In this document: positions 27,673 through 36,972 of the stretch, piece after piece
How positions within the stretch are numbered: position 1 is the first letter of the stretch
How the letters are laid out: each line of letters begins with the position of its first letter
Assembly: GCF_965204015.1 (NCBI RefSeq)
Contig: NZ_OZ241965.1
Span: 453,714 to 517,713 of the forward strand
Direction: 5' to 3'
DNA length: 64,000 nucleotides
Origin: Candidatus Poriferisocius sp.
Lineage (GTDB): Bacteria; Actinomycetota; Acidimicrobiia; Acidimicrobiales; Bin134
The notes under the pieces: generated by a model
Database searches by the model: none
Told to the model about the DNA's origin: nothing
What the model saw: only the letters and a program-made list of their open reading frames with translations
Translations under genes and position numbers: made by a program

Positions 27673-28923
27673 TTACGCAGTTCCCTTGGATCGGGTATCA
27701 ACAGCACCTCCAGGGCGAATGGCCCCCGATCCGAATCTGTCTCGAATGCGGTCGATTGCCAAGTCAACATCATGCCAAGAAGGGGCAGATGAGTCGGCAA
27801 AGTCTTCAAAAGAGAGCTGTCGTTGGTCGGAATCCTCCAACTCGGAAACGCCCACCCCGATCAAGCGCACGCCCGGAGCCACATCCACTGACTTCAGCAA
27901 TTGTTTGGCCTCTCGAGCGAGTACCACCCCAGAATCGACTGCGCTGGCCAGAGTGTGCGACCGGGTGATGGTGCGAAAATCCCTGAAGCGGATCTTGACC
28001 GTGACCGTCTTCCCGGCCTTTCCCGCGGCCCGCAGCCGGGAGGCCACCGAATCGCTCAAGGCCACCAGTTCCACTCCGAGGTCCTCGTGAGTGTGCAGAT
28101 CGCGGGCGAAGGTCTCCTCCCGGCTCATGGACTTGGCTGCCGTCTCGGGAATCACCGGACGGGGGTCCACCGCGTTGGCCAAGTTGTGCAGATGCTGGCC
28201 GTGGGCCTTGCCGATTGCCTCCTCCAGCCTCTCAAGTGGGAACTCAGCCAACTCCCCGATGGTGGCGATCCCAATCCGGTCGAGGTGGGCCAGTGTGGCT
28301 GGACCCACCCCCCAGATCTCGGTGACCGGGCGAGGGGCCAAGAAGGCCCGCTCCTGGCCAACCGGAACCTCGAACACCCCGACCCCCTCCGACGGCCCCG
28401 CGGGCGTGGGGGTGGGCTTGGCCAGCTTGGAGCCCAGTTTGGCCAAGAACTTGACGGCAGCCACCCCCACCGCGCAGTGGATGCCTTCCTCGTCGAGCAC
28501 CTGCTTCCGGATCAGATGGCCGATCTCCACCGGGGAGTGATGGGCACCGGCAACGTCAAGGAAGGCCTCGTCCACCGAAAGGGGCTCGACCAGCGGGGTA
28601 AACGACCGCAGGATGCCCATGATGCGCCCGCTCACCTCCTGATAGAGCGGGTGGTCACCGGGCAAGAACACGATGTCGGGGCACAGACGGCGGGCCCGGG
28701 TGGCGGGCATCGCTGAGTGAACACCGTAAGCCCGGGCCTCGTAGGACGCCGATGCCACCACCCCTCGGCTGCCGGTACCGCCCACTGCCACCGGCAGGCC
28801 TCGCAGCTCGGGGCGTCGGAGTACTTCCACCGATACGAAGAAGGCGTCCATGTCCACATGCAGGATCGAACCCGACTGCGGACGAGGGCTTTCGCTCTGA
28901 GCCTTCCTCGTCATCGCCGACAC
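27673..28923 (-). CDS. dinB: DNA polymerase IV
   Basis: ILHVDMDAFFVSVE, RGVVASASYEAR, PLSVDEAFLD, IWGVG, KSMSREETF. Confidence 0.93.
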   Translation of the reverse strand: MSAMTRKAQSESPRPQSGSILHVDMDAFFVSVEVLRRPELRGLPVAVGGTGSRGVVASASYEARAYGVHSAMPATRARRLCPDIVFLPGDHPLYQEVSGRIMGILRSFTPLVEPLSVDEAFLDVAGAHHSPVEIGHLIRKQVLDEEGIHCAVGVAAVKFLAKLGSKLAKPTPTPAGPSEGVGVFEVPVGQERAFLAPRPVTEIWGVGPATLAHLDRIGIATIGELAEFPLERLEEAIGKAHGQHLHNLANAVDPRPVIPETAAKSMSREETFARDLHTHEDLGVELVALSDSVASRLRAAGKAGKTVTVKIRFRDFRTITRSHTLASAVDSGVVLAREAKQLLKSVDVAPGVRLIGVGVSELEDSDQRQLSFEDFADSSAPSWHDVDLAIDRIRDRFGSGAIRPGGAVDTRSKGTA

Positions 28924-28926
28924 GAT

Positions 28927-29436
28927 CTACAACCGAGTCACCGTGAGGCCATCAATCTCAGCGCCGGTCACTTCGTAGCGGTAGCTCAGCATCTGCTCAG
29001 GGCGCCGACGCCACCATTCCAACAGCGGCTCGCGCACCCAGCGGGGACTCTGCACCAGGCGGGCTTCGCAATCGTCGGAGTCATAGAAGTCAGCGTGCTC
29101 CACGATGCCGTCAGGATCCTCCAGGACGATCTCGCCGTTCCAATCCACCGCCCGATGGGCTTCCACTCTGAGCCGCCACCTCAAGTCGGTGAAGTCCACG
29201 GTGATCTCATACAGCGGCCCTTCCCAAACGCTGACTTGGATCCCGGTCTCCTCCAGCACCTCCCGGCCCAACGCCTCGAGCATCGTCTCCCCTGGATCTA
29301 CCACCCCGCCAGGAGTACTCCACTCCACTGAGTCATTCCGGCGCCGATTGCGCACCAAAAGCAACTGCTCCCCCCGCTGAACAACTCCCCCGGCCACCGC
29401 CCAATCCCGAACTCGCCCCGACACTGCCTCCGCCAC
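28927..29436 (-). CDS. NUDIX hydrolase
   Basis: PGG.VDPGE....AL.RE..EETG Nudix box; GTG start at 29436 inferred (ORF open to 29481). Confidence 0.8.
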   Translation of the reverse strand: MAEAVSGRVRDWAVAGGVVQRGEQLLLVRNRRRNDSVEWSTPGGVVDPGETMLEALGREVLEETGIQVSVWEGPLYEITVDFTDLRWRLRVEAHRAVDWNGEIVLEDPDGIVEHADFYDSDDCEARLVQSPRWVREPLLEWWRRRPEQMLSYRYEVTGAEIDGLTVTRL

Positions 29437-29477
29437 TTCACCAGTATGGCCCGACCCAGCGACAGCACGCCCTGAGT

Positions 29478-30749
29478 TCAACTCAGCAACACAGGCTCAA
29501 CGTTGCGGGGCCGATGGTTGCTCACTCCTACATCGGGAAATGGCTCGGACTCGTGGGGAGGCGAATTGGACTTGGATTTCCAGATTGGGAGATCGGCGCA
29601 AGGCTCGGGTGGCGGTCGTAACTCGTAGGTGCCGTTCTTGTTTCGATGCACAACCCAGCCGTCGTCGTGGATGCTGTGGTGGCAACTGGGGCAGACCAGC
29701 ACCAGATTGTCGATATCGGTGAGCCCGCCTCGGAACCATTCGACGATGTGATGCACCTCGCACCAAGCAGCCGAACGGCCGCATCCGATGCAGTGCTTGT
29801 CCCTCACGATGAGAGCATCCCGCTGGGCGTCGGTAGCCGAGCGGTACTTGCGCCCCACCCACAGTTCCTGCCCCTGAGTGTCGAATATGGCAGGCAGGAT
29901 GTCGGCGTTGCAGCCCAGCCGCAGAGCCTCAGACAGAGGCAGCGGCGTACCGTCGAGCAGGCGGGCATTGGCCAGTTTCTGGTTCAGCGAGTCCCAATCG
30001 GCCGTCACCACCAGGGTGGTGCCCTGCGGCTTGCGATCACCAGACTCGGCGCAGACCAGGTTCTCCAGGGCATCGGCTAGGCGCTGGTTGAACGTAGCCT
30101 GATCGGCCGCCGCTTGGTCGCTCTTGTCGTTGCGCAGACGTCGCTCCTCATCGGCCAACGCAGCCTCAATGCGATTCCCGGCTACAGGGTCGAACCGGCC
30201 GTTCAGAATGAACATTCCGTCGTCGGGCGACTTGAAGAAGCTCAAGTTGCGGCGCTCCCGTTGCTTGGCCATCAGCGACTTGCCGTCGTCGCCCGATTGC
30301 TCGTGCTGGTGGTCGCGCAACGTCCGAGAGAAGGTGCCGAAGTCTTGATGTCGGGCCGCTTCCACCAGCACGGTCTCATCAACAGGCCCCTGGGAAGCGG
30401 CCTTGGCGATCTGCTTGGCATGAGCCTCGGGAATCTCCCCCGCCCCCAACGCGTCCAGCGTCTCGGGAACCTGCGAAAACTGGGAGGCCGTCTCCACCTC
30501 CCGGCGGGCCTGCTGCTTGGAGGTCTGAAGCTCCTCCAAAGCCACCCGGCGGGCCAACCCCTCGCCTCCCCGGCTGGCATACTCCCCCAAAGCGGCCGTC
30601 TTCATCGCAGCCAGCCGAGCCTCGGCCCTCTTGATCAGCCCCAGCCGCTCCCGCAACTCCAACAGCGACAGCCCGGCAACGTCAACCGCCTCCGGCCAAA
30701 CCGGCACCGACGGCCCACAACCGTTTTGAACATAAGCAACATGGCTCAC
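29478..30749 (-). CDS. DUF222 + HNH endonuclease protein (REP13E12/Rv1128c-like, probably mobile)
   Basis: QR.ADAL..L, RL.C.A.I.P, GR..R.AT.AQR.AL..RD..C..C......C.VHH...W..GG.TDI.NL...C..CH...H; start uncertain. Confidence 0.85.
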   Translation of the reverse strand: MSHVAYVQNGCGPSVPVWPEAVDVAGLSLLELRERLGLIKRAEARLAAMKTAALGEYASRGGEGLARRVALEELQTSKQQARREVETASQFSQVPETLDALGAGEIPEAHAKQIAKAASQGPVDETVLVEAARHQDFGTFSRTLRDHQHEQSGDDGKSLMAKQRERRNLSFFKSPDDGMFILNGRFDPVAGNRIEAALADEERRLRNDKSDQAAADQATFNQRLADALENLVCAESGDRKPQGTTLVVTADWDSLNQKLANARLLDGTPLPLSEALRLGCNADILPAIFDTQGQELWVGRKYRSATDAQRDALIVRDKHCIGCGRSAAWCEVHHIVEWFRGGLTDIDNLVLVCPSCHHSIHDDGWVVHRNKNGTYELRPPPEPCADLPIWKSKSNSPPHESEPFPDVGVSNHRPRNVEPVLLS

Positions 30750-30901
30750 ATTTCGTCCAAAGTTCACTGTCGCGCCCCCAATAAGACGGCACGCAATCCC
30801 GGCGTACACCGCAGGGGCCAATGGAGAAGGTCGCCGCACTTGCGCAAGGCGGACTCCGACGCAGGGCTCGTGGGGGTCGTGATAGCGGGGGCAGGTGAGC
30901 C

Positions 30902-31405
30902 CTAACGCTGCCGATCAGCCTTGTCCTGCCTCGCATACTCAAAGACGAGTACGGCGACTGCGGTTGCCAGGGCGATGCTGGCGACCAGCACCGTGTACAG
31001 GCCGAACTGCACGCTCGCCTCACGCGGCTCGGGCCAGTCGCCCACCAGCCGCCGCAGCGACACCATGTCCACGACCGCGGTGGTGGTGATCGCCAGCGAG
31101 GACAGGGACGCCAGGACGAGCGACCACAACCTCTCGGTGTTCTTGTACACGGCGACGGCAACGACGGTGACAAATCCCAGGACGAACACCCATACACCAT
31201 CGGCGGTCTCGTAACCCTCCACAGAACTCGCTGACGCCTCCCCGCGGACTCTGATCCACGGGAATACCACGCCCAACAGGACTACCAGAGCAGAGATCCT
31301 GGCCGTCTGGCACACAGCGGTGAAGGCGGTCTCGGTCATCTGCGATCTGGCATCCAGCGCATCGGCCCCCGCGGTGCTGTGGTCGGCTGCACGGGGCCCA
31401 GGCAT
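30902..31405 (-). CDS. Hypothetical membrane protein
   Basis: Four hydrophobic segments, FPW and GLY motifs. Confidence 0.55.
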   Translation of the reverse strand: MPGPRAADHSTAGADALDARSQMTETAFTAVCQTARISALVVLLGVVFPWIRVRGEASASSVEGYETADGVWVFVLGFVTVVAVAVYKNTERLWSLVLASLSSLAITTTAVVDMVSLRRLVGDWPEPREASVQFGLYTVLVASIALATAVAVLVFEYARQDKADRQR

Positions 31406-31452
31406 GGGACAAGCATGCCATGCAGCGGATCCACACCCGGCCAGCCGGCTAG

Positions 31453-31642
31453 TCAGCGATTGCTGAGAAGGTTTTCCGAAGAAGACAGTTCGTCGAAGGT
31501 TTGACCGGTGATGTCGAGATGGAGGCTTAGCGGATAGGCGTCGACTTCAGTGCCGTCACCCCACGCCACCGCACCGGAATCGGCCACGATGTGCGCTGAG
31601 CGCCAAAAGTCCTGGTCAGACCCATGCATCAAAAACACCGCC
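31453..31642 (-). pseudogene. DUF2442-like gene remnant (5'-truncated, frameshifted)
   Basis: GGVFDAW then, after an extra G at ~31621-31623, SDQDFWRSAHI..SGAVAWG...D..P..L.L.ITG; resembles the DUF2442 C-terminal half from recall. Confidence 0.5.
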
Positions 31643-31804
31643 AATCCCAAACGCCCTCTGTTCGCCCCTAGCACGAGGCCGAGAAATCCGAAGTGAGAAT
31701 GGCCGGCTTCCTGACCGGGCACTGTGGATCTCCATTCCTTACCGCACCAGCTACTACAACAACGGAGAGTCGGTTTACAGCCAATCGCCCCGTAACATGG
31801 GCGG

Positions 31805-32092
31805 ATGGTCGATCCGGGTTCGCCTGAGGAGCGCTCGGCGCTGCCTCCCAAGGGGGCGAGGTGGCTGGCGTTTGCGGCGATATTGCTTGGGGGGCTTTGC
31901 GGGGGGCTGATTGGGTTCGCTTACATCGACCTCCAGTGCGATGGCAACTGCGGCCTGTGGACTGGGCTCGGCGCTCTGGTGGGGGCGGTGGCCGGGGCGG
32001 TGGGACTGGCGGTGGTGGCCATCTTGACTCTGCGGGCTATGGACGAGTGGCGCCGCTTCGGCGGCCGCCGCCAAGACCGGGACACCTACTAG
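31805..32092 (+). CDS. Small conserved actinobacterial membrane protein
   Basis: SALP...AR.LAF.AI..GG.CGGLIG, VVA.L.LRAM.EW; TAACAT 6 nt before ATG. Confidence 0.65.
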   Translation: MVDPGSPEERSALPPKGARWLAFAAILLGGLCGGLIGFAYIDLQCDGNCGLWTGLGALVGAVAGAVGLAVVAILTLRAMDEWRRFGGRRQDRDTY

Positions 32093-32105
32093 ACGCAATC
32101 CCAGA

Positions 32106-33143
32106 CTATTCAGGAGCAGACGACAGGGCGGCGACGGTTCGGTCGATGTCGCTGTCGTCCACGTCGAGATGGGTGACGAAGCGCACGATACCGGGAGCCA
32201 GTAGCCCGGCTCGGATTCCGGCCTGATGGAGATGGTCCAACAGGGCCAGCGCGTCGGGATGGCGAAACGCCACAACGTTGGTGTGGGGGCGCCCGCAGGC
32301 AGACTCGGCCTCGCCCAAGCGAGTACCGGGCCACCGCTCGGCAACCACGTCGCCCAACCGCTGGGCACGGGCGTGGTCGTCGGCCAGCCGATCGATGTGA
32401 TGCTCTAGGGCGAATAGCCCGCCGGCGGCGATCACCCCGGCCTGCCGCATGGCTCCGCCCAGCCGCCGCCGGTGCAGACGAGCTTCGGTGACCAGATCGG
32501 CGGGCCCGGCTAGCAGCGAGCCCACCGGTGCCCCCAATCCCTTGGACACGCAAGACATGACTGTGGTCGCCACTTTGGCCAGTTCCTGAGCCGGAGTTCC
32601 CAACGCGATGGCGGCGTTGAACAGGCGGGCGCCGTCCAGATGCACGGGCGGCCCCAGTGCGGCAGCCGCGACCATTTCCCCAGCCCCCACGGCCAGACCA
32701 CCAGAGGCGAGATGGGTGTTCTCGAGGCAGATCAGCGACACCGGAGGCCAAAAGCCGCCGTTTCCAGCCGCCACTGCCTCGGCCGCCGCATCGGCATCCA
32801 GTACTCCGCCGACATCGTCCACGGCGTAGATCTGAAAGGCGTTGTTCATGCCAGCAGCACCGCTCTCATAGGACATCAAGTGCTGCCGCCGGCCCACCAC
32901 CACGTTGCTTCCCGCCACTCCGTGCAGCCGAAGGGCGATCTGGTTGCCCATCGTGCCCGACGGCACATAGACCGCGGCGGGCTTGTCGACCAGTTCGGCG
33001 AACCGCTCCTCCAAGCGATTGACCGTCGGGTCCTCCCCGTAGCGGTCATCCCCAACGGGCGCGGTGGCCATGGCCTGCCTCATGGGCTCCGTCGGCTGGG
33101 TCAGCGTGTCCGACCGAAGATCAACCACTCCGCGAGAAACCAT
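32106..33143 (-). CDS. ltaE: Low-specificity L-threonine aldolase
   Basis: DLRSDTLT.P, GDD.YGEDPTV, PSGTMGNQ, LENTH, HLDGARLFNA, C.SKGLGAPVGS, GG.MRQAG. Confidence 0.9.
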   Translation of the reverse strand: MVSRGVVDLRSDTLTQPTEPMRQAMATAPVGDDRYGEDPTVNRLEERFAELVDKPAAVYVPSGTMGNQIALRLHGVAGSNVVVGRRQHLMSYESGAAGMNNAFQIYAVDDVGGVLDADAAAEAVAAGNGGFWPPVSLICLENTHLASGGLAVGAGEMVAAAALGPPVHLDGARLFNAAIALGTPAQELAKVATTVMSCVSKGLGAPVGSLLAGPADLVTEARLHRRRLGGAMRQAGVIAAGGLFALEHHIDRLADDHARAQRLGDVVAERWPGTRLGEAESACGRPHTNVVAFRHPDALALLDHLHQAGIRAGLLAPGIVRFVTHLDVDDSDIDRTVAALSSAPE

Positions 33144-33166
33144 CCCCATCAGCGTAGAGTTCATCT

Positions 33167-33991
33167 GTGCCAGAACCTGAACCATCTCCAATGCCAGGGA
33201 CTCCTGCCTGGGACTACCTGGAGAAGCTGGCCGCCGACGCCGCCGAAGTGGCGGCATCGCTGCTGCGAGCCGAGACCGGTGCCCAACGCCAGATCACGGC
33301 CAAGTCTTCCCGCACCGACTTGGTAACCGACATGGACCTGGCCTGCGAGGCCGCCATTGTCGACTTCCTGACCGCTCATCGGCCCGATGACGGGGTTATG
33401 GGAGAAGAGGGCTCGGGTCGCGACGGCACCAGCGGGGTGCGCTGGATCATCGACCCCATCGACGGAACGGTGAACTTCGTCCACGGCCATGTGGGCTTCG
33501 GGGTGTCGGTGGCCGCCGAGACCGACGGCCAGGTGGTGGCCGGCGCAGTGATCGATCCAATGCTCGACGAGACCTTCACCGCCCACCGAGGTGGCGGGGC
33601 CCGCTGCAACGGAAGTCCCATCACCGTCCGCCCCGACGGCGACCCTGCTCTGGCCCTGGTGGCCACCGGGTTCTCCTACGCCCACGAACGGCGACCGCGC
33701 CAAGCCGAGGTGCTGGGGGAGCTGCTGCCCCTCATCGGCGACATCCGGCGAGTGGGTGGGGCGGCGGTCGACCTCTGCACGGTGGCCTGCGGCCGAGTGG
33801 ACGCCTTCTTCGAGGTGGGGCTGAATCCGTGGGACTACGCCGCCGGAGCCCTCATAGCCGAAGAGGCCGGCGCGGTTGTCCAAGACCTGAAAGGCGGCCC
33901 TCCGAGCAGCGATTTCGTGTTTGCGGCTTCGCCGGGAGTGGCCGACACCCTGCTGAAACTGCTGCGGGAGGCCGAGGCCGACCAAATATAG
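33167..33991 (+). CDS. suhB: Inositol monophosphatase
   Basis: DLVT..D, GEE, WIIDPIDGT.NF, R..G.AA.DLC.VA.GR.D, PWD.AAG. Confidence 0.85.
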   Translation: MPEPEPSPMPGTPAWDYLEKLAADAAEVAASLLRAETGAQRQITAKSSRTDLVTDMDLACEAAIVDFLTAHRPDDGVMGEEGSGRDGTSGVRWIIDPIDGTVNFVHGHVGFGVSVAAETDGQVVAGAVIDPMLDETFTAHRGGGARCNGSPITVRPDGDPALALVATGFSYAHERRPRQAEVLGELLPLIGDIRRVGGAAVDLCTVACGRVDAFFEVGLNPWDYAAGALIAEEAGAVVQDLKGGPPSSDFVFAASPGVADTLLKLLREAEADQI

Positions 33992-34037
33992 GCCTTCCTG
34001 CCACGCATTTGGGCCGAAAATCGGGCACCATTCAAGG

Positions 34038-34718
34038 GTGGAAACCCGCATCTTGGCCATTGAGGACGACGAGAGGATTCGTACCGCGGTCCGTCTGGCT
34101 CTCGAAGACGAGGGCTGGGACGTTCTAGAGGCGGCCAACGGTCAGGAGGCGTTCGCCGCGTTCTCCGAGACGCCCGCCGATGTGGTGCTCATCGACATCA
34201 TGCTTCCCGACATCGACGGGTTCGAGGTGTGCCGCACGCTGCGCCGGACCAGCGACGTGCCCATCATCATGGTGACCGCCCGAGCCGACACCCATGACGT
34301 GGTGGCCGGATTGGAGGCCGGGGCCGACGACTACCTGACCAAGCCCTTCGCTCCCAAGGAGCTCTCCGCCCGCATCCGCGCCCTGCTGCGCCGAGTGCGA
34401 ATCACCGACACCGCCATGAGCGATCTCCGATTCGGCCAACTGGAGATCATGCCCGAGCAGGGGATGGTGACCGTCAGCGGCGAAGAGGCCCATCTCACCA
34501 AGACTGAGTTCCGACTTTTGGTCGAGTTGGCTACCAATTCCGGCAAGGTACTCAGCCGAGAAGTGCTCCTCGAGCGGGTGTGGGATCTCGGGTACTTCGG
34601 CGACGGCCGTTTGGTGGACGTGCACATCCGGCGGCTGCGCACCAAGATCGAGACCGACCCGGCCAACCCGCGCTACGTGGTCACCGTCCGCGGTTTGGGG
34701 TACAAGCTCCAGGCATAG
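34038..34718 (+). CDS. OmpR-family response regulator (MtrA/CseB-like)
   Basis: IEDD, D.MLPDIDG, GLEAGADDYLTKPF, GDGRLVDVHIRRLR.KIE.DP, TVRGLGY. Confidence 0.92.
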   Translation: METRILAIEDDERIRTAVRLALEDEGWDVLEAANGQEAFAAFSETPADVVLIDIMLPDIDGFEVCRTLRRTSDVPIIMVTARADTHDVVAGLEAGADDYLTKPFAPKELSARIRALLRRVRITDTAMSDLRFGQLEIMPEQGMVTVSGEEAHLTKTEFRLLVELATNSGKVLSREVLLERVWDLGYFGDGRLVDVHIRRLRTKIETDPANPRYVVTVRGLGYKLQA

Positions 34719-34729
34719 GGACGAAGCTG

Positions 34730-36163
34730 ATGCCGACGCGGCCGGGACCCCGCTCCCGCATTTGGCACCGAGCGGGCTCCCGGGCCCGGCGACTTGGGCT
34801 TCGCACTCGCATCATCTTGGCCTTCGTGTTCACCACCCTTCTGCTGTCGGCACTGCTCAGCGTGACCGTGTTTGCGCTGACCCGCCAAAACTTGCTCAAC
34901 GGGCGCGAGAACGATGCCCTGGCCACGGTGGGGTTCAACGCCTCCACGGTCAGCCGCCGCCTCAATCCCGACATCGAGTCGGAAGCCCTCCAGAACCTGA
35001 TCAGCACGCTGGCCACACCGGAAGGCTCCCGCCCGGTTCTTCGGGTGGGGGGCGACTGGTTCCAGCAGTCTTTCGAGTTCGAGTCGGGCGACATCGACGA
35101 GAGCCTGCGCCGCACGGTAGAGGGCGGGAGGCCGGCCCAGATGCGCTACCGGGTCAGGGGCGAGCCCTTCCTGGTGGTGGGCATCCCCATCCCCGACCGC
35201 AACGCCTCCTACTACGAGGCCACCCCGCTGGACGAGATTGAGGACACCCTGGGCTCACTGGGAATCATCCTGGCCAGCGCGGGCGCGGGTGTGACCCTGG
35301 CATCGGCCGGAGTCGGCTTTTGGGCCAGCCGCCGCCTGCTGCGCCCATTGGTAAGCATCGGCGAAGCCGCTCAGTCCATCGCCCAAGGCGATCTCAGCAC
35401 TCGTCTGGAGGCCGGGGCCGCCCGAGAGCTGGCCGCGCTCACCGACTCGTTCAACGACATGGTGGGCGCCCTCCAAAACCGGATCGCCCAGGACGAGCGG
35501 TTCGCCTCTGAGGTGAGCCATGAACTGCGGTCGCCCCTCATGACCCTCTCCGCGTCGGTGGAGGTCATGAACACTCGGCGGGCCGAACTGCCCGAGCGGG
35601 CTCGAACCGCGCTAGACCTGCTGACCGAGGATGTCAACCGATTCGAGCACCTCGTAGAGGACCTGCTGGAGATCTCCCGATTCGATGTGGGCACCGCCGA
35701 ACTGGACCTCGACACATTTAACCTGCTCGAGTTCGTTGAGAACGCGGTAGCGGCCACCAGCCCGGTGAACATCCCCATCCACTGCGATCCGGCCACCGCC
35801 CTTGTGCGGGTCCAAGCCGACAAGCGCCGGCTGATGCAGGTCATCGACAATCTCTTGACCAATGCTCAAAAGTACGCCCGGGGCGCCACCGGCATCGTCC
35901 TCCAGCATCAAGGACAGAACATTGAGATCGTCGTGGAAGACGCCGGGCCGGGCGTTTCCGCCGACGAGCAGGAACATATTTTCGACCGGTTCTCCCGAGG
36001 CCGGGAAGCAGGCGAGCGGGGGGTCAGCACTGGTGTGGGCTTGGGCTTAGCGCTGGTAGCCGAGCACGTGCGCCTTCACCAGGGTCGGGTCTGGTGTGAA
36101 GACCGGTTCGACGGCCTCCCAGGTGCTCGCTTCGTCGTCCACCTGCCCATCGCAGTCCTATGA
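34730..36163 (+). CDS. HAMP-domain sensor histidine kinase
   Basis: Two TM helices, HAMP, VSHELRSPL, NLL.NA.KY, D.GPG, G.GLGLA. Confidence 0.92.
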   Translation: MPTRPGPRSRIWHRAGSRARRLGLRTRIILAFVFTTLLLSALLSVTVFALTRQNLLNGRENDALATVGFNASTVSRRLNPDIESEALQNLISTLATPEGSRPVLRVGGDWFQQSFEFESGDIDESLRRTVEGGRPAQMRYRVRGEPFLVVGIPIPDRNASYYEATPLDEIEDTLGSLGIILASAGAGVTLASAGVGFWASRRLLRPLVSIGEAAQSIAQGDLSTRLEAGAARELAALTDSFNDMVGALQNRIAQDERFASEVSHELRSPLMTLSASVEVMNTRRAELPERARTALDLLTEDVNRFEHLVEDLLEISRFDVGTAELDLDTFNLLEFVENAVAATSPVNIPIHCDPATALVRVQADKRRLMQVIDNLLTNAQKYARGATGIVLQHQGQNIEIVVEDAGPGVSADEQEHIFDRFSRGREAGERGVSTGVGLGLALVAEHVRLHQGRVWCEDRFDGLPGARFVVHLPIAVL

Positions 36164-36945
36164 CCCGGCCAGCAGCACTCTGGCGCATCTGGGCGGGCCT
36201 GGCCGCAGCCCTGCTCTTGGCCGCAGCCTGCTCGGTGCCCGAGGACAGCCGACCCCGAGCGCTGGACTACTCGCTACTCCCCGATGACCTGGTGGCGGCT
36301 ACCGCCACTCCAGAGCCGACTCCGCTGGTCACCCAGGAGGTGCTCATCTACCTGATCGACGAGAACAACCTGCTGTCTGCGGTAGCCCGCGACGTGGCCA
36401 GCCCGGCCCGCCCCATCACGGTGCTGGAGGCCCTGTTCTCCGCGCCCAACGAAGAGGAGTCCGAACAAGCCCTGTCCACGGCCCTACCGGCCGACGTCGA
36501 AGTGGTCGCCGTTGACATCGACCAAGCCAGCGACCTCGTCACCGTGGCCCTGGAATCAGAGGTCTTCGAAGAGCGCATCGAAGGCGAGAACCGCCAGCTG
36601 GCGGTGGCGCAGTTGGTGTTCACCGCCACCGAGACCACCGGAACCGCCCGCTTCTCCCTGCTGCTGAACGGCAACCCCGTGCCGCTTCCCACCGACAACG
36701 GCGAAAGCGACGTTCCGGTGACCCGCGGCGGTTTCCAGTCGGTCGACCCCGACTACCAGCCCGAACCCACGCCTGAACCCACACCGACCGAGACCCCCAC
36801 ACCCACCGAGACCCCCACGCCCACCGCGCCGCCCGAAACGCCCACCCCGACACCGACACCCACCGTCGCGGCAACTCCTACCCCCGAGCCCGGGCCCACC
36901 CTGCCGCCCGGGCTGCCCCCAGATTTCACCCTTGACTTCTCCTGA
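36160..36945 (+). CDS. GerMN-domain lipoprotein with Pro/Thr-rich tail (LpqB-like partner)
   Basis: Lipobox LAAAC; L...P..EE....L.TA.P, A.AQ.V.T.T GerMN motif; (PT)n tail. Confidence 0.8.
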   Translation: MTRPAALWRIWAGLAAALLLAAACSVPEDSRPRALDYSLLPDDLVAATATPEPTPLVTQEVLIYLIDENNLLSAVARDVASPARPITVLEALFSAPNEEESEQALSTALPADVEVVAVDIDQASDLVTVALESEVFEERIEGENRQLAVAQLVFTATETTGTARFSLLLNGNPVPLPTDNGESDVPVTRGGFQSVDPDYQPEPTPEPTPTETPTPTETPTPTAPPETPTPTPTPTVAATPTPEPGPTLPPGLPPDFTLDFS

Positions 36946-36972
36946 GACCGCGACCCTGAAGGTGAACGCTGG

